Assembly (NCBI GenBank): GCA_013265495.1
Contig: MU058252.1
Location: 2,142,244 to 2,206,243 of the forward strand
DNA length: 64,000 nt
Direction of reading: 5' to 3'
From: Vicugna vicugna
Lineage: Eukaryota
Below, piece by piece: positions 49,081 to 62,600 of the stretch. The translations under genes and the position numbers were made by a program. The first letter of the stretch is position 1. Each line of letters opens with the position of its first letter. The notes beneath the pieces were generated by a model. That model made no database searches and was not told where the DNA came from. It saw nothing but the letters and a program-made list of their open reading frames with translations.

Positions 49081-51799
49081 GTCGGGAGGTCTCCTAGGGT
49101 GGGGGCGGGGGCGGTGAGCCAGCAGGACCAGTGAAAGAATGCAAGTCTCCCCCGAACTTGTGCACCTCGGAGCCCGCAGATCAGGGCACCTGCCCGTCGG
49201 CGCTGGGTCAGGGGGAGTACACTCTGGGAGGAAGGAGCTGCTTGGATAAAAGATGCTCTCATCCCGTGGTTACCGATGTTTAGGTCTATTTAGTGTGTGA
49301 TTGCACGTATGCTGAGGCGTCTCTGCAGGACGTGTAAAGCCCTGGGTGTCTTACAGATCGGGGGTTGCTGGGCAGTGCTTTTCCGCCCGCAGTTCCCGGG
49401 CACTGACAGTTGCTGGACTCCAGAGGCGTGGGCGCCGTCAGGAAGTGGCTGCCACGTCTCCCTCCCACATACCCGGGCTCCCTCCAGGTGCCTAAAGGCG
49501 CTGAGGAAGTAGGAATTAAGCACAGCCATTCAAAAAAAAAAAAGCTTATGAAACCTTCTTGCAGACTCAGCACCCTCTTGTGGCTTATATATGGCTGTTC
49601 CGGGCCAGTGTGCTAAGAGCCGGCTGAGCCCCCCATTTAAAACCAGGACTTTTATTTTCACCTCTACTGTTTCCATCATTTCAAGTTGCATCAGGCTCAG
49701 GTCTCAGGGAGCACAGCCATTGCTTTAATTGTCTCCTGATGGGAAAATAAAATACACATTTCCAAGACCTTCCGTGATGACTCGTGCTCCTCGACTGCAG
49801 CGCCCTTCGTCCCACTACTCAGAAGACGGCACGTTTCTCTGTGAACAGCTTAGCTGATCGTGCGTGGTGTTTTCCGTCGTCCTGGGAGAGCTGCTGAAGG
49901 CTGCAGGGTGTGCGTCTGATGTACTGGTCGCTAGTTTTGAGCCACTGAGAACTCGCTGTCTCTGGCCCCCTGGACCTTGTAAACTGACCCGTTGCATCAG
50001 ATACCGCGTTGTGTTTATTCCCCATGTGGCTGTGGCTGATACCGTTTCCTGGAAGTAGCATGATCATGAATTATAGGGACTTGCTGGTCTCCACAGCCTG
50101 ATCCCAGGGCACTCCGACTGCTGTGGAGACCGACACCTAGAGTGAAATGTAACTTTAAATTGCTTGTTTTAAGATTTCTTCATTATTCCTTGTGATAAAA
50201 CTGGGAAGATAATCTATCAGCAAAGACCCCTTTCAGCTGCATTTTCTCTTGCTGCCTTAAAACTGATCACATTAGTGATCATATCACATTAGTGGGTCAT
50301 TTCCACCAAGGCAGAAGGAAGAGGTGACTTTTTAAACACTGTGCAGTGATGTCATCTCTCTAACCAAGCCAAGCGCTACAGGTCATTATCTTCTCCAAGA
50401 AGTTTTGAGGGATGAAGTCAGGATGTGTGTGTGTCCCTGGGGACGGGCTCATGCTGTCCCCACCGTGGGACAGCTGCAGAATTCATGGACGGACAGTACG
50501 TTCTGGACCACGGGTGGGTTTCCTTGGCCTTAAGCCACGAGCTGTGTGTAATCGTGAGGAGCTGTGAGCCTGATGTCGGGGAAGTTGCCGCACCGTCCGT
50601 GGGCCGCGTGATCTGGTCTCGTGTCTCTCTTCCATCCGTGGAGGGTTGGGCCATGCGTTTCCCCAGCAGCTCCTCACGCGGTCTCTAGGGGAACCCTGGG
50701 CAGCCATTTGCAGGATGCCGGGCTGGGATGAAGAGACGAAAGAGCGTTCGCGCCGGCCGGCCCCAGGAGGAGCCCCAGACGCGTTCCTGGCCGCCACGCG
50801 GATTCTTAACTGCCCTTTTCTGTGCGTTCAGTTCCATGTAAACACTTGCCTCCTCTTAAGCTGTGCGGTCTCTGTTTTGATGAAAAAACATGTGTCTAAT
50901 GTAAGGTTTTCTGATTTAGCAAGTTACGAGTGATAATTGTCAGAGGATTGGAACGGTGAAGTCTACTTTAATGAAGGAAATACAAACTCAGGTGGATGGG
51001 TTGTAAAAGCCACCAGCCCAACTCCTTTCACTTCCGGGAGGGAACTTCGGTTCCCGGTGCACGAGTCAGGGCTCTGCAGAGCAGCAGGACCGGGAGGGCG
51101 TATGGGGAGACGCGCGGCAGCAGCAGGGGATTCATGAGCCGCTGTTGCGCGTGTTTCAGATCAGAGGAGTCACACGGGGCATCGACGCTGCAGCTGTCTT
51201 TACTTGTGGGTCACTTCTTTGTGCAGGTGACTATAAAGCTGGCCAGAAAAGGGACAGGCTTTCTAAGCTCTGGATACATCGGTGCAGAAGATAATCTGGC
51301 TGGCAGAGGAGACGGTCCCTCATAGTAACAGTATCTGGAGGGAACACGGTCTTATGCATGGTTGTTGACTATTGTCTGAGGCAGAACTGCCCACAAAATG
51401 CCTCACGGAAGTAATGACTCAGATGGATCTCGCGGGGAGTCGGGTGAGGTCACACGAGGAAGAGAAATCTGCAGTCTTTGCTGCCGTGGGCGGAGCCCCG
51501 TTCCCCACCAGGTGTACAGCCAGTAAGCCGTTCTGTTATGGCCGATAATGAGCTTCTCCGAAGGAGGCTGAGGAGGATGAGGGACTGCAGACACATCACT
51601 GGGCTGACAGTTTCTGTTGTCATTGTTGCTGTTGCTTTTAAACCTCCTTTGAAACAAAGTTCTTTCACACGTGGGGCCTTCACACTGTTGGCTGAGGGAG
51701 CGGGGATGCAGTAATGCACTTGCTCTTCTGAGAGCTGAGGGAGGTCCAGTGCCGCTTGGGAATAATCCTGTCGTTGTCCAGTTCCTAGCAGAACTGATT

Positions 51800-51902
51800 T
51801 AAAAGGAAGAAAGGAGGGAAAGATGGAGGAAGAGCAAGAAGAAAAGGAGGAGAGAGAAGGGAAGAGATCAGGGAGGGAGGAGGAGGGAGGGGAGGGGGAG
51901 GG
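51800..51902. repeat. GA-rich polypurine tract ending in a G-quadruplex motif
   Basis: About 100 nt almost entirely A/G; GGGAGGGGAGGGGGAGGG at 51885-51902. Confidence 0.85.
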
Positions 51903-52379
51903 TGTGTTCTGGGCAGCGGGCTGTGCTTCCCAGGTCCTGACTCGCTGAGGGCAGGCTCTCCTCAGCCCGCATTCACGTCATCAGGCCTTCTTATCCGTTA
52001 CTAATAGAGCGACAAGTGGTATCACCAATTTCATGACTAAATGAAATGGAGTAAGAAAAGTCTCATCATAGATTGAAAAATTGAGGTTTCAGAGGCTTAA
52101 ATAAAGGTGCTTACTCCCAGGATCTTGAAGGAGCAGTGGTAGCTGCCTTTATCCTGTACACTGACTCGGTTCTTTGCTCTGTGGATTTGGCAACGCGGCT
52201 TATATCAGCCAAGGAAACATAGGAGAAGGCGGTGGCTTCACTTCCCATGAGGCGTGTTCAGAGCCTGCCCCGGTCCCTGTGTCTCTCTTCTCCCAGGAGA
52301 CCAGCCTGTGCTTGGGGTGGGGGCTGTGCGGCCAGCCTGGGTCCCGGGATAGACATAACATGGAGCAGAGTCACTGCTG

Positions 52380-52490
52380 GCCTGTGGTGGGCATGTAGCA
52401 GGAGTGAGAAGCAGAGCTCGTCCCGTGAGCCTCTGGGGGCTGGAGCTGTTTGTTACTGCAGCATAACCCAGCTGATCCTGACTGATACCA
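52380..52490. mobile_element. MLT1-like LTR terminal fragment
   Basis: 'gctgtttgttactgcagcataacccagctgatcctgactgatac' is an MLT1 terminus motif. Confidence 0.6.
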
Positions 52491-54039
52491 GACACCTTAT
52501 GCACTAACATTATGGGATCTTGACTTTATGTAAACATGTATGGTGTCCCATTGTTCCAAAAATTAAATGCAGCTTAAAAAACATACCCAACCCAATGGAA
52601 TTAAAATGCATCAATCACTTAACACACACATTTATTTGGGTAAAAGAAATGAGGGCAGAGAAGTAAATTAAGGGCGAGCGTGACCCCATTTGACGGAACG
52701 TGAACGTTGAGGCGTCTACCCAAGGTGAACGGCGTGCGGCTTGCCTCCTTCTGGGAGTCACTGTGGAGAAGGAGCTTCAGGACACCAGTTGCTTTCGTCT
52801 CAGGTGAGCTGTGCACGCCATGAACCATGGCAGAGTGGGGATTAAGGTGTGTCACTTTGTTAATAGCTGAGCAGATGCAGCCGGTGACATTGAGTGCTGG
52901 CTTCCGGCACGTCACACAGGTCTGCGCGCTTGGGAGACCCTCCTGGCTCCCTCTGGTCCTTCCCGGCTCCCAACTCTCAGTCTTGATGCCAGCAGTGCCG
53001 GCATACCTGCCTGGGGCGAAGGACACGTGAGGATCAGGCTTGGCCACGCTTGCACGCCCAGCTGTGTCCCCAGGGAGTGGACATGAAAAAGCAAAGTCGT
53101 GTCAGGACCTGCCAAGGGCTCTGCTCACCCAGGAGGCTGGGAGGTGGTGCCGGTGGCTCTGCCTTCTGGTCCAGCCATGCGGGAACCATTAATCTGGGGC
53201 AATTAATATCCTGGTTTCTGGCAGGAATCCAGAGGTGGGAGCGCGAAGCATAAGGTCATTACTTATCCTGATGAGTAAGGCGCTTCCGACCCCCACGCAA
53301 ACTGCAGACCCAGGTGGGCTGACGTCTCTTGGTTGAAAATAAAAGCAGCCGTCCCAGCCACCTGTCACTGATTTCACACCGTAGCTCTTCAAGTCTAAGA
53401 TGCAAATTATTAACCTGTTTTTATATCTTTAATATCTTTTATATCTTTAATGGCGTGTCTCAGAATAATGATGTGTCCTATTTTAATTGGGAGTAATTTT
53501 TCTTTCTAAGTGATCCAAAAAATGACATCCACATGACAAAACACATTCAACCAGTGATCTCTGAGATTGGATGAAATGTGTCAAAAGGACATTTGTCATA
53601 GCAGAAATATCACGTCGCGTCAGAGAAGAAAGGATTCTGCAGGGTTTGAGCAGGGGGTGGGCTTCACATGGCCAGACGCTCCTGGTGCCAGGTGTCCTGC
53701 CTTTGGAGGACAGCCAGGAGCAGGAGGTCCACAGCCGGTGCCCTGCAAATGAGGCCCAGAATTCCACAGTCCTGACTTCAGTGATTCCAAAGGGTTTGGG
53801 ACTAGAAGGCTGCCCCTCAGAATGGCCAAAGCCACTTACTTGTAGGAGCAGTTGCTACAAATGGTCCTTGAATGCTCCCCAGCAAGCAAGGAAGGAATGA
53901 AGGATGAATTCGGATGCTGCCAACCAGGCAGGGAAGTCAGGGCATCCCCAGTGGCAAGGGGCCATAAATGGACTTGAGATTACCAGGTGCGGGGTGCCCT
54001 AGGGGACCAGTGCTCAGAAGCCCGAGACTTCTCTCTCGT

Positions 54040-54320
54040 TTTTTGTATTTCTTTTGTGTGTGTGTGTGTGTATGTTTTATTGAAGTACAATTTACAATGT
54101 TGTGTCAATTTCTGGTGTACAGCACAATACTTCAGTCATACGTGAACATACATATCTTTGTTTTCATATACTTTTGCACCGTAAGTTCCTACAAGATATG
54201 GAATATAGTTCCCTGTGTTATACAGTATGAACTTGTTATTGATCTATTTTATATACATTAGTTAGTATCTGCAAATCTTGAACTCCCAATTTATCCTTTC
54301 CCACCTGCTTCCCCTCCAGG
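54040..54320 (-). mobile_element. Young L1 3' end with (TG)n in the tail
   Basis: 'ttttattgaagtacaatttacaatgttgtgtcaatttctggtgtacagc...gaatatagttccctgtgttatacagta'. Confidence 0.85.
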
Positions 54321-54799
54321 ATCCCAAGATCTCTTGATGGTGAAAATCATTGCCTGTTAGAAAGACTTGCCTCCTAAGACAAAGGGCCAGGGGAAGTAAC
54401 ACCCTAAAACCTCAGAATGGCAAATGCCACTTCCGTATGGGTGCCTGGGTGTATGTTTGATCTTGCATGCTGAGCATTTGAAATATAACTTGGAGACAAC
54501 CGCATGAGGCTGAGGGTTAACGCTTTGCTAGGAAGTGCAGAAGCCTCAGGGTGGGCACGTGCACGAGCAGAAGTCTCCTTCACCTCCACCAGCGGGGAGG
54601 GAGCTGAGCAACTAACCAGTGTGTCTCCCTCTTCCGATGCCCATAGAATCATCTGCGACTCTAAGATCTCCAGAGCGGAAGGCGTGGGGTGCAGAAGGGT
54701 AGAGCTTGAACAGAAGCACTAAGCTGATCATCCATGGTTTAAAGATCACCAGACTCGTTAGGCCTGTGAATAGGGTTGTACGCAGTTATTTGCTAGCTG

Positions 54800-54910
54800 G
54801 ACGACCTGGGCTAGTTAGTTAATTTCTCTGTGCTTTAGTTTCCTCATGTGTAACATGCAGTATTAATTGTATCACCATTTAGGTTTTTGAGGAGGTTTTA
54901 ATGAATATTT
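54800..54910. mobile_element. MIR fragment
   Basis: 'gacctgggctagttagttaatttctctgtgctttagtttcctcatgtgtaacatg' is the MIR core. Confidence 0.65.
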
Positions 54911-55051
54911 TATGTGTAATATGTGTGTGTGTATTCACTGGTGCAGATTAAAGTTGTTCTAAGTCTAAAAGCATATTAAGCTATCTCTCTCCCTGTAGCC
55001 AACTCCTCCTTGGAGACCTTATTTAAACTCTCAGCTCTCTGGGCCCTTTTT

Positions 55052-55691
55052 TTTAAATTTTATTTTATTTTATTTTGGTTTATTTATTTATTTTACTTTT
55101 TACTTGAGGTATAGTCAGTTTACAATGTTGTATTAATTTCTGGTTTACAGCTTGGTGATTCATTTATGCATATATATGTATATTCCTTTCCATATTTTTT
55201 TTCATTATAGGCTATTACAAGCTATTGAATATAGCTCCCTGTGCTATACAGTAGGACCTTGTTGTTTATCTATTTTATATATAGTAGTGTGTGTCTGCTA
55301 ATCCCAAACTCCCAGGTTATCCGTCCACCTACCTTTACCACCTGGTAACCATAAATTTGTTTTCTATATCTGTGAGTCTGACTCTGGTTTATAAATTAGC
55401 TCATTAGTGTCATCTTTTTCTTTTAGATTCCAGATATAAGTGATATCCTATGGTATTTTTCCTTCTCTTTCTGACTTACTTCACTTAGTACAACAATCTT
55501 CAGGTTCATCCATGTTGCTGTAAATGGCATGATTCCGTTCTTTTTTATGGCTGAGTAGTATTCCATTGTATAAATATACCACAGCTTCTTTATCCATCCA
55601 TCTGTTGATGGACATTTAGGTTGTTTCCATGTCTTGGCTGTTGTAAATAGTGCTGCTGTGGACTTTGGGTGCATGTGTCTTGTCGAATTGG
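55052..55691 (-). mobile_element. Young 5'-truncated L1 with a 16-bp TSD
   Basis: TSD TCTCTGGGCCCTTTTT at 55036-55051 and 55692-55707; encodes an ORF2 C-terminal remnant (AALFTTAKTWKQPKCPSTDGWIKKLWYIYTMEYYSAIKKN). Confidence 0.93.
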
Positions 55692-56357
55692 TCTCTGGGC
55701 CCTTTTTAGGGCTTTCCTCCTCTTTAGAGTTCAGTGCATCAGGCACGTGGTCCTGATTCTGAATTTGTGCTTGGAGAAGTGGGAGAACTACTGTTGCCAT
55801 GACTACTTGGTCACTGAGACTGATGCGCAGGGCACCGCCCACCTGGCTGTTGGTCTAAGCTGTCGAGGGCTGGATGCAGGGAGCCCAGGGCCCTGTGGCG
55901 GGTGTTCCACGGAACTCTGTGCACCTACGAGCAGGCTGCACGCAAAGACAGAACTGCAGAGTGTGCCGAGTGTCCTCTGTCTGCTGAGGGAGCACCGAGG
56001 GATCCTTTGGGAGCTCAGGATCCTGGCGGGATGGTTTCCACAAGCTTGTGGCAAGGCAGTCAAGAAAGATTTAGGGCTTGAAGACATGACCGTAATTTTC
56101 ACCTGCTTAGCTCCACTTGGTCTGATATTTGACGCTGCACTTCCAGGGCTGTGGGTCTTCCAGGGGTCGCACAGAGCCTGCTGGCCGGTCCGCAGGTGGA
56201 TGGTGGAACCTGCAGGGCAGGTCTGGAGTGCGGAGTGGAGCCCGTCAGCTCAGAGAGAGCTTGGAGCCCCTGACCCAGGTGGCCCAAGACCCACTGGATT
56301 AAGGCCTAGGTTCTCATTAAGGGTGGCTGTCCAGCGTGGTGAAGACGTGTGACCTGG

Positions 56358-56500
56358 CAGTGTGACCTAAGGCAGGTTCCTTAACCCTTCTGAGCTCTGT
56401 TCCTCCAAACTCTAAAATGTCTCCTTGTGAGGATTAACTGAATAGTTACATCTGCTCCATGGTGTAAGTGTCTGGTATATTTCCCGGTACATCATAGATG
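56358..56500. mobile_element. MIR fragment
   Basis: 'gtgtgacctaaggcaggttccttaacccttctgagctctgttcctc...ctaaaatg...ttgtgaggattaactga'. Confidence 0.65.
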
Positions 56501-57689
56501 TTCCCAGTGTGACGTGAGGGAGGGTGACAGTGATGGAATTCCTGAACAGCCCACTGCTGACCGCAGCAGGTACCTGAAATCACTGTGACGTCTCAGGGGT
56601 AAACGCCAGACACCCATGCCAACCATTCACTACTGAATCCACCTCCTTGTAGTCTCTCTGGTTGAACTCGGTAATTCGTTCACTCAACAAAAAAGTTATC
56701 CAGCCCCTGGGAGGCACCAGCCACACTTGCAAGGTGTTTGGCATCCACAGTCCTGATTCAGAGCTGCTCTGTCCCTGCGTGATCTGTCCCTGATCACGTT
56801 CACGTCTTTATCCGTGAGCCTCTTCTGCTCATGTGTACAAATAAATCACAGCGGAGCAAGAATCACCATTTTGTGAGATCCTATTACAAATTACTCGAAA
56901 TCACATTTGTATCCAAATAGGAAAGGAAAAGAGAGAGAGAAAAACGCCTGGTGCTCGATTTCTATGTGGGAAAATTGGTGTATTAAGAGGGGAAGTGTGC
57001 TACGAATTCAGCAGGAGGAGAATGCGGGTCCTACCTGCCTTTATCCCCCGAGGGCTGGGTTTTTCTCCGTCATGTCAGTGGACAGTGTTTTTGGAAGATG
57101 GGTGTGTTTTATTTAGGTGGTTCAGATGTCTGAAGTGGGGAGGTTTGATGAAAGTTGACAAGTTATTGTTACTGGATCAAAGGCAAACAAAGTGTAAAAA
57201 GATAGCTCCACAGTTTCCTCCTCTGTCTGTTCCTTTCCTGTGATGCAGAGAACCCGAGAGTCTGTCTTTGTCACAGGAATTGGTGGTTCAGCTGGACAGG
57301 GATTGGAGAAATGATTTGCTGTTTAGAATTTCTCCTTATATAGCATTCAACCGAAATAAAAAGATAGTGTTCCCAGGCTACTGGAAAAATACAGACTAAA
57401 AATAAAATATTTGTTATAAAAATGTTTCCTGGCTATGCGTTTTTATTTTATAAGAAAAATGCGTGTTTTTTACCTACAGCTCTTATTGCAAACAATGAAT
57501 ACTTTCCTGTGCTCATTGTAGGAGATTCCAAAGTAAAAATTTACCCAGAATTCTGTCTTGCTGATGGACACCACATTTACTATTTCGGTGGCCAACTTCA
57601 TCTCTGTTACACATACACGTAATTAGTGTGGAATTCTGCTTATCATGAATGAGATTGTGAATTCTTTAATTGTATCCTTTATAACATCT

Positions 57690-58195
57690 GCTGAGAATCT
57701 CGGGTGCCCAAAGGGCACAGTTGAGAGCCAGGCCAGCCTAGTGGGCGAGTCCACGCAGGGGGACCCTGTGCAGGAAGGCGCCTGTTGGATTGAAGGTCAG
57801 CGAGGGGAGAGGTGGGGATTCTGGAGATGCCGGGAGGGGAGGTCAGAGAAAGTCTGAAGGGCCGGATCACTAGGGCCCGGCACCCTGTAAAGACCGGCTT
57901 TTCCTCTCGTGAGCTGGGGTGGTGGGAAGGCTTTCAGCAGAAAAGTGAGGTGATCTGACACCTTGTGCAGGATCACACTGTCTGCTGTTTTGGGAAGAGA
58001 CTGCGGGGGTGAGAATGGAAACAGGGGACGTCTCAGGAGGCTGCTTCTGTAATTCAGAACTGAATGGTGGCAGAAATGATGGTGGCCCAGAGTAGGGGGA
58101 TTCTTAGGTATGGAAAACAGGATTTGGGGTCACATGTGATAAGGGGCATGAGATACCAAGAGGGCCCAAGGATGACACTGAGATTGGGGCTGGAA
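57690..58195 (-). mobile_element. L2 fragment
   Basis: 'ggaaggctttcagcagaaaagtgaggtgatctgac...ggatcacactgtctgctgttttgggaagagactg' is antisense L2. Confidence 0.65.
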
Positions 58196-58204
58196 TGATT
58201 AACA

Positions 58205-58465
58205 GGAGCCAAGACATGGAAGCAACCCACGCCCATCGGCAGGCGAATGGATAAGAAGACGCAATATGTACACATAGTAGAATACTACTCAGCCACAAAA
58301 AGAATGAAGTCTTGCGATTTGTGACATGAATGGACCTTGAGGGTATCATGCTAAGTAAAGTAAGTCAGACACAGAAAGACCAATACAAAGATTTCATCCA
58401 TATAAGAAACATAAAAAACAAAAGAAAAATAAATGAGCAAATCCAACAAAAGCAAACACATACAC
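58205..58465 (+). mobile_element. L1 3' fragment
   Basis: 'gccaagacatggaagcaacc...gaatactactcagccacaaaaagaatgaa...atggaccttgagggtatcatgctaagtaaagtaagtcagacacagaaagac'. Confidence 0.85.
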
Positions 58466-59169
58466 CCCCCTCAGGAGCCATCAGCCCATGGACGATGATA
58501 CAGCCTCGAGCTGGATGAGCCGATGGAAGGACTGGGTGCGAGTAAAGAAGAGAAAGGCCGTAGAGAAAAGAGGAAGACTTGTCAGGTTATTGGTGATGTT
58601 TGTAAGTGGTTTTCAGGAACCAAGGTGCTTGCCTGCCAGCAGCAGGTGGGGCTGATCACCTCACAACATCCTGGTCTGGTCTCTCTGTGACTGATTTTTC
58701 AATCCTGACCAATCTGAAAGACCCTTTTTTTTCTTGCTGAATTACTGCTTGTATTGTAATGTATTGGACGGTCAGATGGGGTGAATTTCCACAGATGTAT
58801 GAGTCACTTCCATTGCTTATTCTGAAGTGAATTATCTGTTCATTTCCCGTCATGCTACGTCAAGGAGACTGTGTCTTATTCTGTCACCGTGGAAACCACT
58901 GAACCTGGGTACGAGCACAGCAGGCTGAGGGCGGCTCTTTGGGAGCGTTCACAGGGCAGTGCCTGTCCCGGCACCTTCCCGGATACCTCACCGCTGAGTG
59001 ATTCAGAGTCCAGAGCTTCAGCGTTTCTGAGAAGTTTGGAGAACCTGCTTTTGGAGAACTGCGCCGGCTGTGAGTGAGTCCGCTGACTGTCAGTGGGACG
59101 AAGCCCGACAGCTCTCGTGGGCCCCACAGTGGGCCAGCCGCTTGGGGTCACCTGTCGGCCCTGAAGTCC

Positions 59170-59680
59170 AGGCATGAGGGCGGGAGAGAGAGCCCCCGGC
59201 TCCCTGCGAGCCTGGTTCTGGGAGCCGGCCCCCCTCTCAGCCCCCTGCCGTCCCTCCGGCCGTGGCGCAGCAGGGAGAGCGGCTCCGTTCGCCTGCGGCC
59301 GGCGCAGCGGGCAGTCAGGGCAGCGCCCTGGGGCTCGTTGCTCTGCGGTCCCGGCGGACTTCAGAAGCCTGAAGCGGGGTGGGCCTCCCTGCCGCCTCTC
59401 GCTGAACCCGCTGATGCGATCGGCTCGGAAGCCGTGCGGCGGGCGGCCCGTGGCGGGGCGGGAGCTTCCGCTCGTGGGATCGTCTTTAGAGCCGGGGCTA
59501 CGTTCTGGGGGTGCGTTCTGCTGAAGGTCTCGATTCTGCAGAAAACAAACAACCTGAGGCTCATTCAGGAGTGGCCGCTGGGGCGAGTCTGACTCGGGGA
59601 AAGGTTCACTACTCTTGGCTTCGAAGAAGCAGCAGGGGCTCCCGGCTTCCCAGGCGCAGCTGGCTTTAGAACGGCGTGAC
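59170..59680. promoter_or_regulatory. Small intronic CpG-rich island (possible enhancer or alternative promoter)
   Basis: Dense CpG and GC boxes (e.g. gcggggcgggcggcccgtggcggggcggga-like runs at ~59435-59462); not an obvious repeat. Confidence 0.45.
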
Positions 59681-62600
59681 TAGCTTTCCGAAAGGAATTC
59701 CAAAACTACTGTGAACAGAGGCGGTGTTTCGAGGAGGAGCTGTGCTGCACCCCAAGGTGGCTCTTCCCCGGGAGATCATGCTCACTCACGTGCGCGGGCC
59801 TTGGTTGGCCTCCAAAACCAGCCTCGTGAGGTTGTAGGTCACACTTGGGGGCCTAGGGCATCCCTAGTGAGTTGGCAACACCGACAACTTACCCGGAACT
59901 GCGTTTGAAACCACCGTGGTTAGAGTGCCCGTGAACTCCAGGCTTGTGTTAACCACTTTCTAAGCGAAGGTGGAATTCAGCACTTAAGATCACAAGGGAG
60001 GTGGCTGGGAGATTTTCCATTTTAAGGGAGAAAGCCTCCCTTTCATCGAAGCACGCGGCAGGAAGAGGCAGTAGCATTAACCCAGCTCAGCACCTGCAGA
60101 AGTTCCCACAGTCTTTCTATGATGCTGAAGGAGGCACGTTTGGCCGTCATTTCAGGCTGGTGGCAATAACTGTAGCTTTTCTTTCTTGGGGTAAATGTCC
60201 TAGGAAGAAAAATATTGTTCTTTGCTGAACAAACTAGTTAAAGGGTTTCATGGGGAAGACAAAAATAAAAAACAATTTGAATCTGTTACTCTGTCAGCTT
60301 TGGCTGAGGTCCTCTGAGGCCGTCAGTATCAACCTTTTCTCCTAGCCCTGATTTCTCTCACACCCTGAGTACACAAGTTCTTTTCACAAATGATTTTTCC
60401 TCAGACGACAGTTGAATTTTAATACATTAACCTTGAACTTGCTTTATGGCTCGTGGCCTTGGCATCGTATTTTAGCAACATTCCAGATGGACGTGGGAAA
60501 TCAAGGGGCCACCTATCCCGTGATTTTTCAGCCTTTTGTGCCTCAATTTGCGTCACCCATCGGCTGGTCTTCTGCCGAAAGCAGCCTTCCTGTGCTGGGT
60601 GATTTATGGCGCACTGGAGTTGCTGATCTCCCCGGAGGTATAGGAGAGCCGTCCCTTCTCCTTTGTTTTCCGCACAGAACCGCAGAAGGAAGCCTGGGGG
60701 TCATTCACAGATGGCAAGGCTGGGGGCTGGAAGAGGCGAGAGGACGTCTTCTGTTCCTTCTGTTTTCCTTTCCTTTTGTGCCGTTTGCCTTTGATTGATC
60801 ATTTTGTTCATAAAAATCATAGGCCACCAGCATCCACAAAGTGGACACATGTCCCGATAGAGACAGCTTTCTTCCCTTCCTCAAAAGACCACTCAGAGAG
60901 AAGGACCTCAGGCTGCGCGGTGTCCCCAACTCTCCTGCAGGATGAGGACAAGTGAGATGGAATCTGGCTGCAGGGAAAAGCATCGCTCATTGTCTTTCTC
61001 CAAAAGTGGGGAGAGGTGATCCACCCCATCATTCTGCGCAGGCACGAGATTGCTGTGGTTGGAGGAACGTTGGGCAGGACCCCAGGAGCCTGGTTTCCAT
61101 CCGAGGTTGCCATCGCTGTCCTTGTCTCCTGACGATGGTCCACCTGTGGAAGCCCCTGTTTCCTCACCTGGAAATGAAAACACATGTTTCTGACCCGGTG
61201 ACCTGCACAACCCCACCTAGATGTAGTGTTCCTCTTCAACTCCATGACTGTCGCTGCTTCTCAGTTTGCCTTGCAGTGTGTTCAGCATCTCGCCCTGATT
61301 CTGCCTGGAGCCAGGGGCGCCCCCTCCCCGGTGCTGCTGAGAAGGGGAGCCTGCCTGGCTCCCGCCCTGGCTGATTCAGATAAACCTTTGTCTGGGCTGA
61401 AAAGATAATTACCTTTCTCCTAGCGAGGAGAAAAGCAGTGCACGGATCTGTGCTGTGTTTATCGACACCAGGGACACTTCTACCTTCTTACGTAAGTTAA
61501 TTTCTTCCGATGCTTCACTGAGTCCCTGGCTTGGCACCAGCCGCACGGTGGCAGGTTAATAGGCAAAGAGGAAATGAGGATATGATTCCTCTGATTATGC
61601 AGACGAGTCTTTGTCTCCACCCTGTTCTTTCCCTTTTGTTGGGGTGTTTCTGTTACCCCACATTCTCTGTCTCGCTGTCTCTGTCTCTCTCATGTGTGCG
61701 CGCACACACATACACACACACACTTAGTCTCACAGACCCTGGTTTGCTGCAAACCTCTCTCTTAATAAGGAAGCCAGCACATCCCAGGTGCTTTAGGGAG
61801 CCAGGGAGGCAGGGTGGACACTGGTTAGCAGGCCAGGTGGCCGGTGCTTGGTGACAGCTCCCGGGTACCTGGAGGAAGATGAGAACAGGCCCAGGAAGTT
61901 CTGCTGTCCTGGCCAAGGTGTGTGGCTGAGAGGAGGCAGCTGGGCCATCCCGGGAGCAGCGAGGACGGTGGGTGTACGGCCCTGCCGCCCCCGAGGCAGC
62001 CCTGCAGGTTGGAGCCCCTGCCTTAAAAAAGATCTTGTCTCAAATTCTAGAGCCACTGTTAGGACAGACGGAGGAGTCTAGAAGGTCCCCAGGCTCTTGG
62101 CTACCCCCCAGTGAGGGGATGGGGGATGAGGGCCTCTTGCCGACACAGCTGCCTGAACGATGACACTGACCACAGAGAAGCGGCCCAGCCCTGCCTGGTG
62201 GTCCCTGGGCCTGAGGGGTGGCGCCGCCCGCTTCTCCAGGGCGCCTCCTTTCTCCAGTGCGCTCTTTTGTGTCTTCTTCTTCCTTCAGTGTCCCCCTGGA
62301 TGCTCGTTTTGGCTCGATCCATCCTGATGTAGGAGGAGCTGGGGGCGGGGGGCGTTCCTGGGGAAGAGGCCTGAGCTGCGCTTGGAGCAGCAACGCGCAC
62401 CCTTTCCTTAAGACGCATGAGGCTGCACAAGCTGAGCCCATGCCACTTAGGAAAGCAGGCGTGCGTTCAAAAGGCTGTGCCAGGGCGGCAAGGGCCGTCC
62501 CGGTTCTCGTGTCTGGAATGAGAGCTTGCGCGTTCCACCCGGGCTGCCCGCCTCTCTGAAGAGGGTGGTGGGGCGGCCTTTCCCCGATTCTCACCTCCCT

